Positions 63,684 through 64,000 of a DNA stretch of 64,000 nucleotides are shown one piece after another. The first letter of the stretch is position 1; each line of letters starts with the position of its first letter. Made by a program: the position numbers and the translations under genes. The notes below the pieces were generated by a model. It had not been told where the DNA came from. It saw only the letters and a program-made list of their open reading frames with translations, and did no database searches. Source of the DNA: Nitrospinaceae bacterium (GTDB lineage Bacteria; Nitrospinota; Nitrospinia; Nitrospinales; Nitrospinaceae); NCBI GenBank assembly GCA_965237905.1, contig OZ250172.1, positions 352,001 to 416,000 of the forward strand, in the 5' to 3' direction.

Positions 63684-64000
63684 ATGTCATTTAATCGCAT
63701 CCTTGGCCAAGGCCAGGCGAAACATATATTAAGTCAGGCCCTTTCTCACAGCCGACTCTCCCAGGCCTATCTCTTCTACGGGCCTGAGAGCATAGGCAAA
63801 AAGCTCTTGGCAGTGGAATTTGCCAAAGCCTTGAACTGCCTCTCCCCAGAAACGGAAGAAGCCTGCGGCACCTGCGACTCCTGCCGTAAAATAGAAGACC
63901 GCATTCATCCCGATTTCTTTTTTCTGGAACCCACCAAATCCACCCCGACTGCGCGCGAAGCGGTCCTCAAAATAGACGACATCCGGGCATTGCAGAAAAA
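63684..64000 (+). CDS. holB: DNA polymerase III delta' subunit, 3'-truncated by the window edge
   Basis: Hand translation: MSFNRILGQ...AYLFYGPESIGK...ALNC...ACGTCDSC...HPDFF...LKIDDIR. Confidence 0.88.
   Translation, partial: MSFNRILGQGQAKHILSQALSHSRLSQAYLFYGPESIGKKLLAVEFAKALNCLSPETEEACGTCDSCRKIEDRIHPDFFFLEPTKSTPTAREAVLKIDDIRALQK

Noticed and set aside
63538..63732. 64-aa ORF
   Set aside because: It overlaps the holB start in another frame and has no supporting features.

Overview
Gene-dense bacterial chromosomal window of mostly core genes. I found no rRNA, tRNA, CRISPR array, transposase, integrase or phage gene. Gene content and protein style suggest a Nitrospinota-like (Nitrospina-type) organism; this is inference, not a database result. 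Recognisable blocks are an Nfu scaffold, yraN, a siroheme sulfite/nitrite reductase fused to HEPN-like and TusA-like domains, yicC-gmk-hisC-mltG, a large TPR protein, and a stand-alone nuoE-nuoG-nuoD trio with no nuoF. These are followed by an extended TatA, two class A PBPs with an LpoA-like protein and a SPOR protein, pgi-tal-glk-argG with a sigma54 response regulator, hemB, a DUF512-like radical SAM gene, birA, a DnaJ-family gene and oppBC-like permeases. The last part holds a UbiD/MqnL decarboxylase, uvrA, an AT-rich two-gene islet, a full F1Fo ATP synthase operon, an atypical 2[4Fe-4S] ferredoxin and the start of holB. The best candidate for an undescribed system is the flavin-subunit-less NuoE/G/D module. 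Other leads are a consensus sigma54 promoter driving a monocistronic unknown gene, a 48-aa lipoprotein missed by the ORF track next to the radical SAM cluster, a perfect palindrome before uvrA, and a 1-bp frameshift in an ICMT-family gene.
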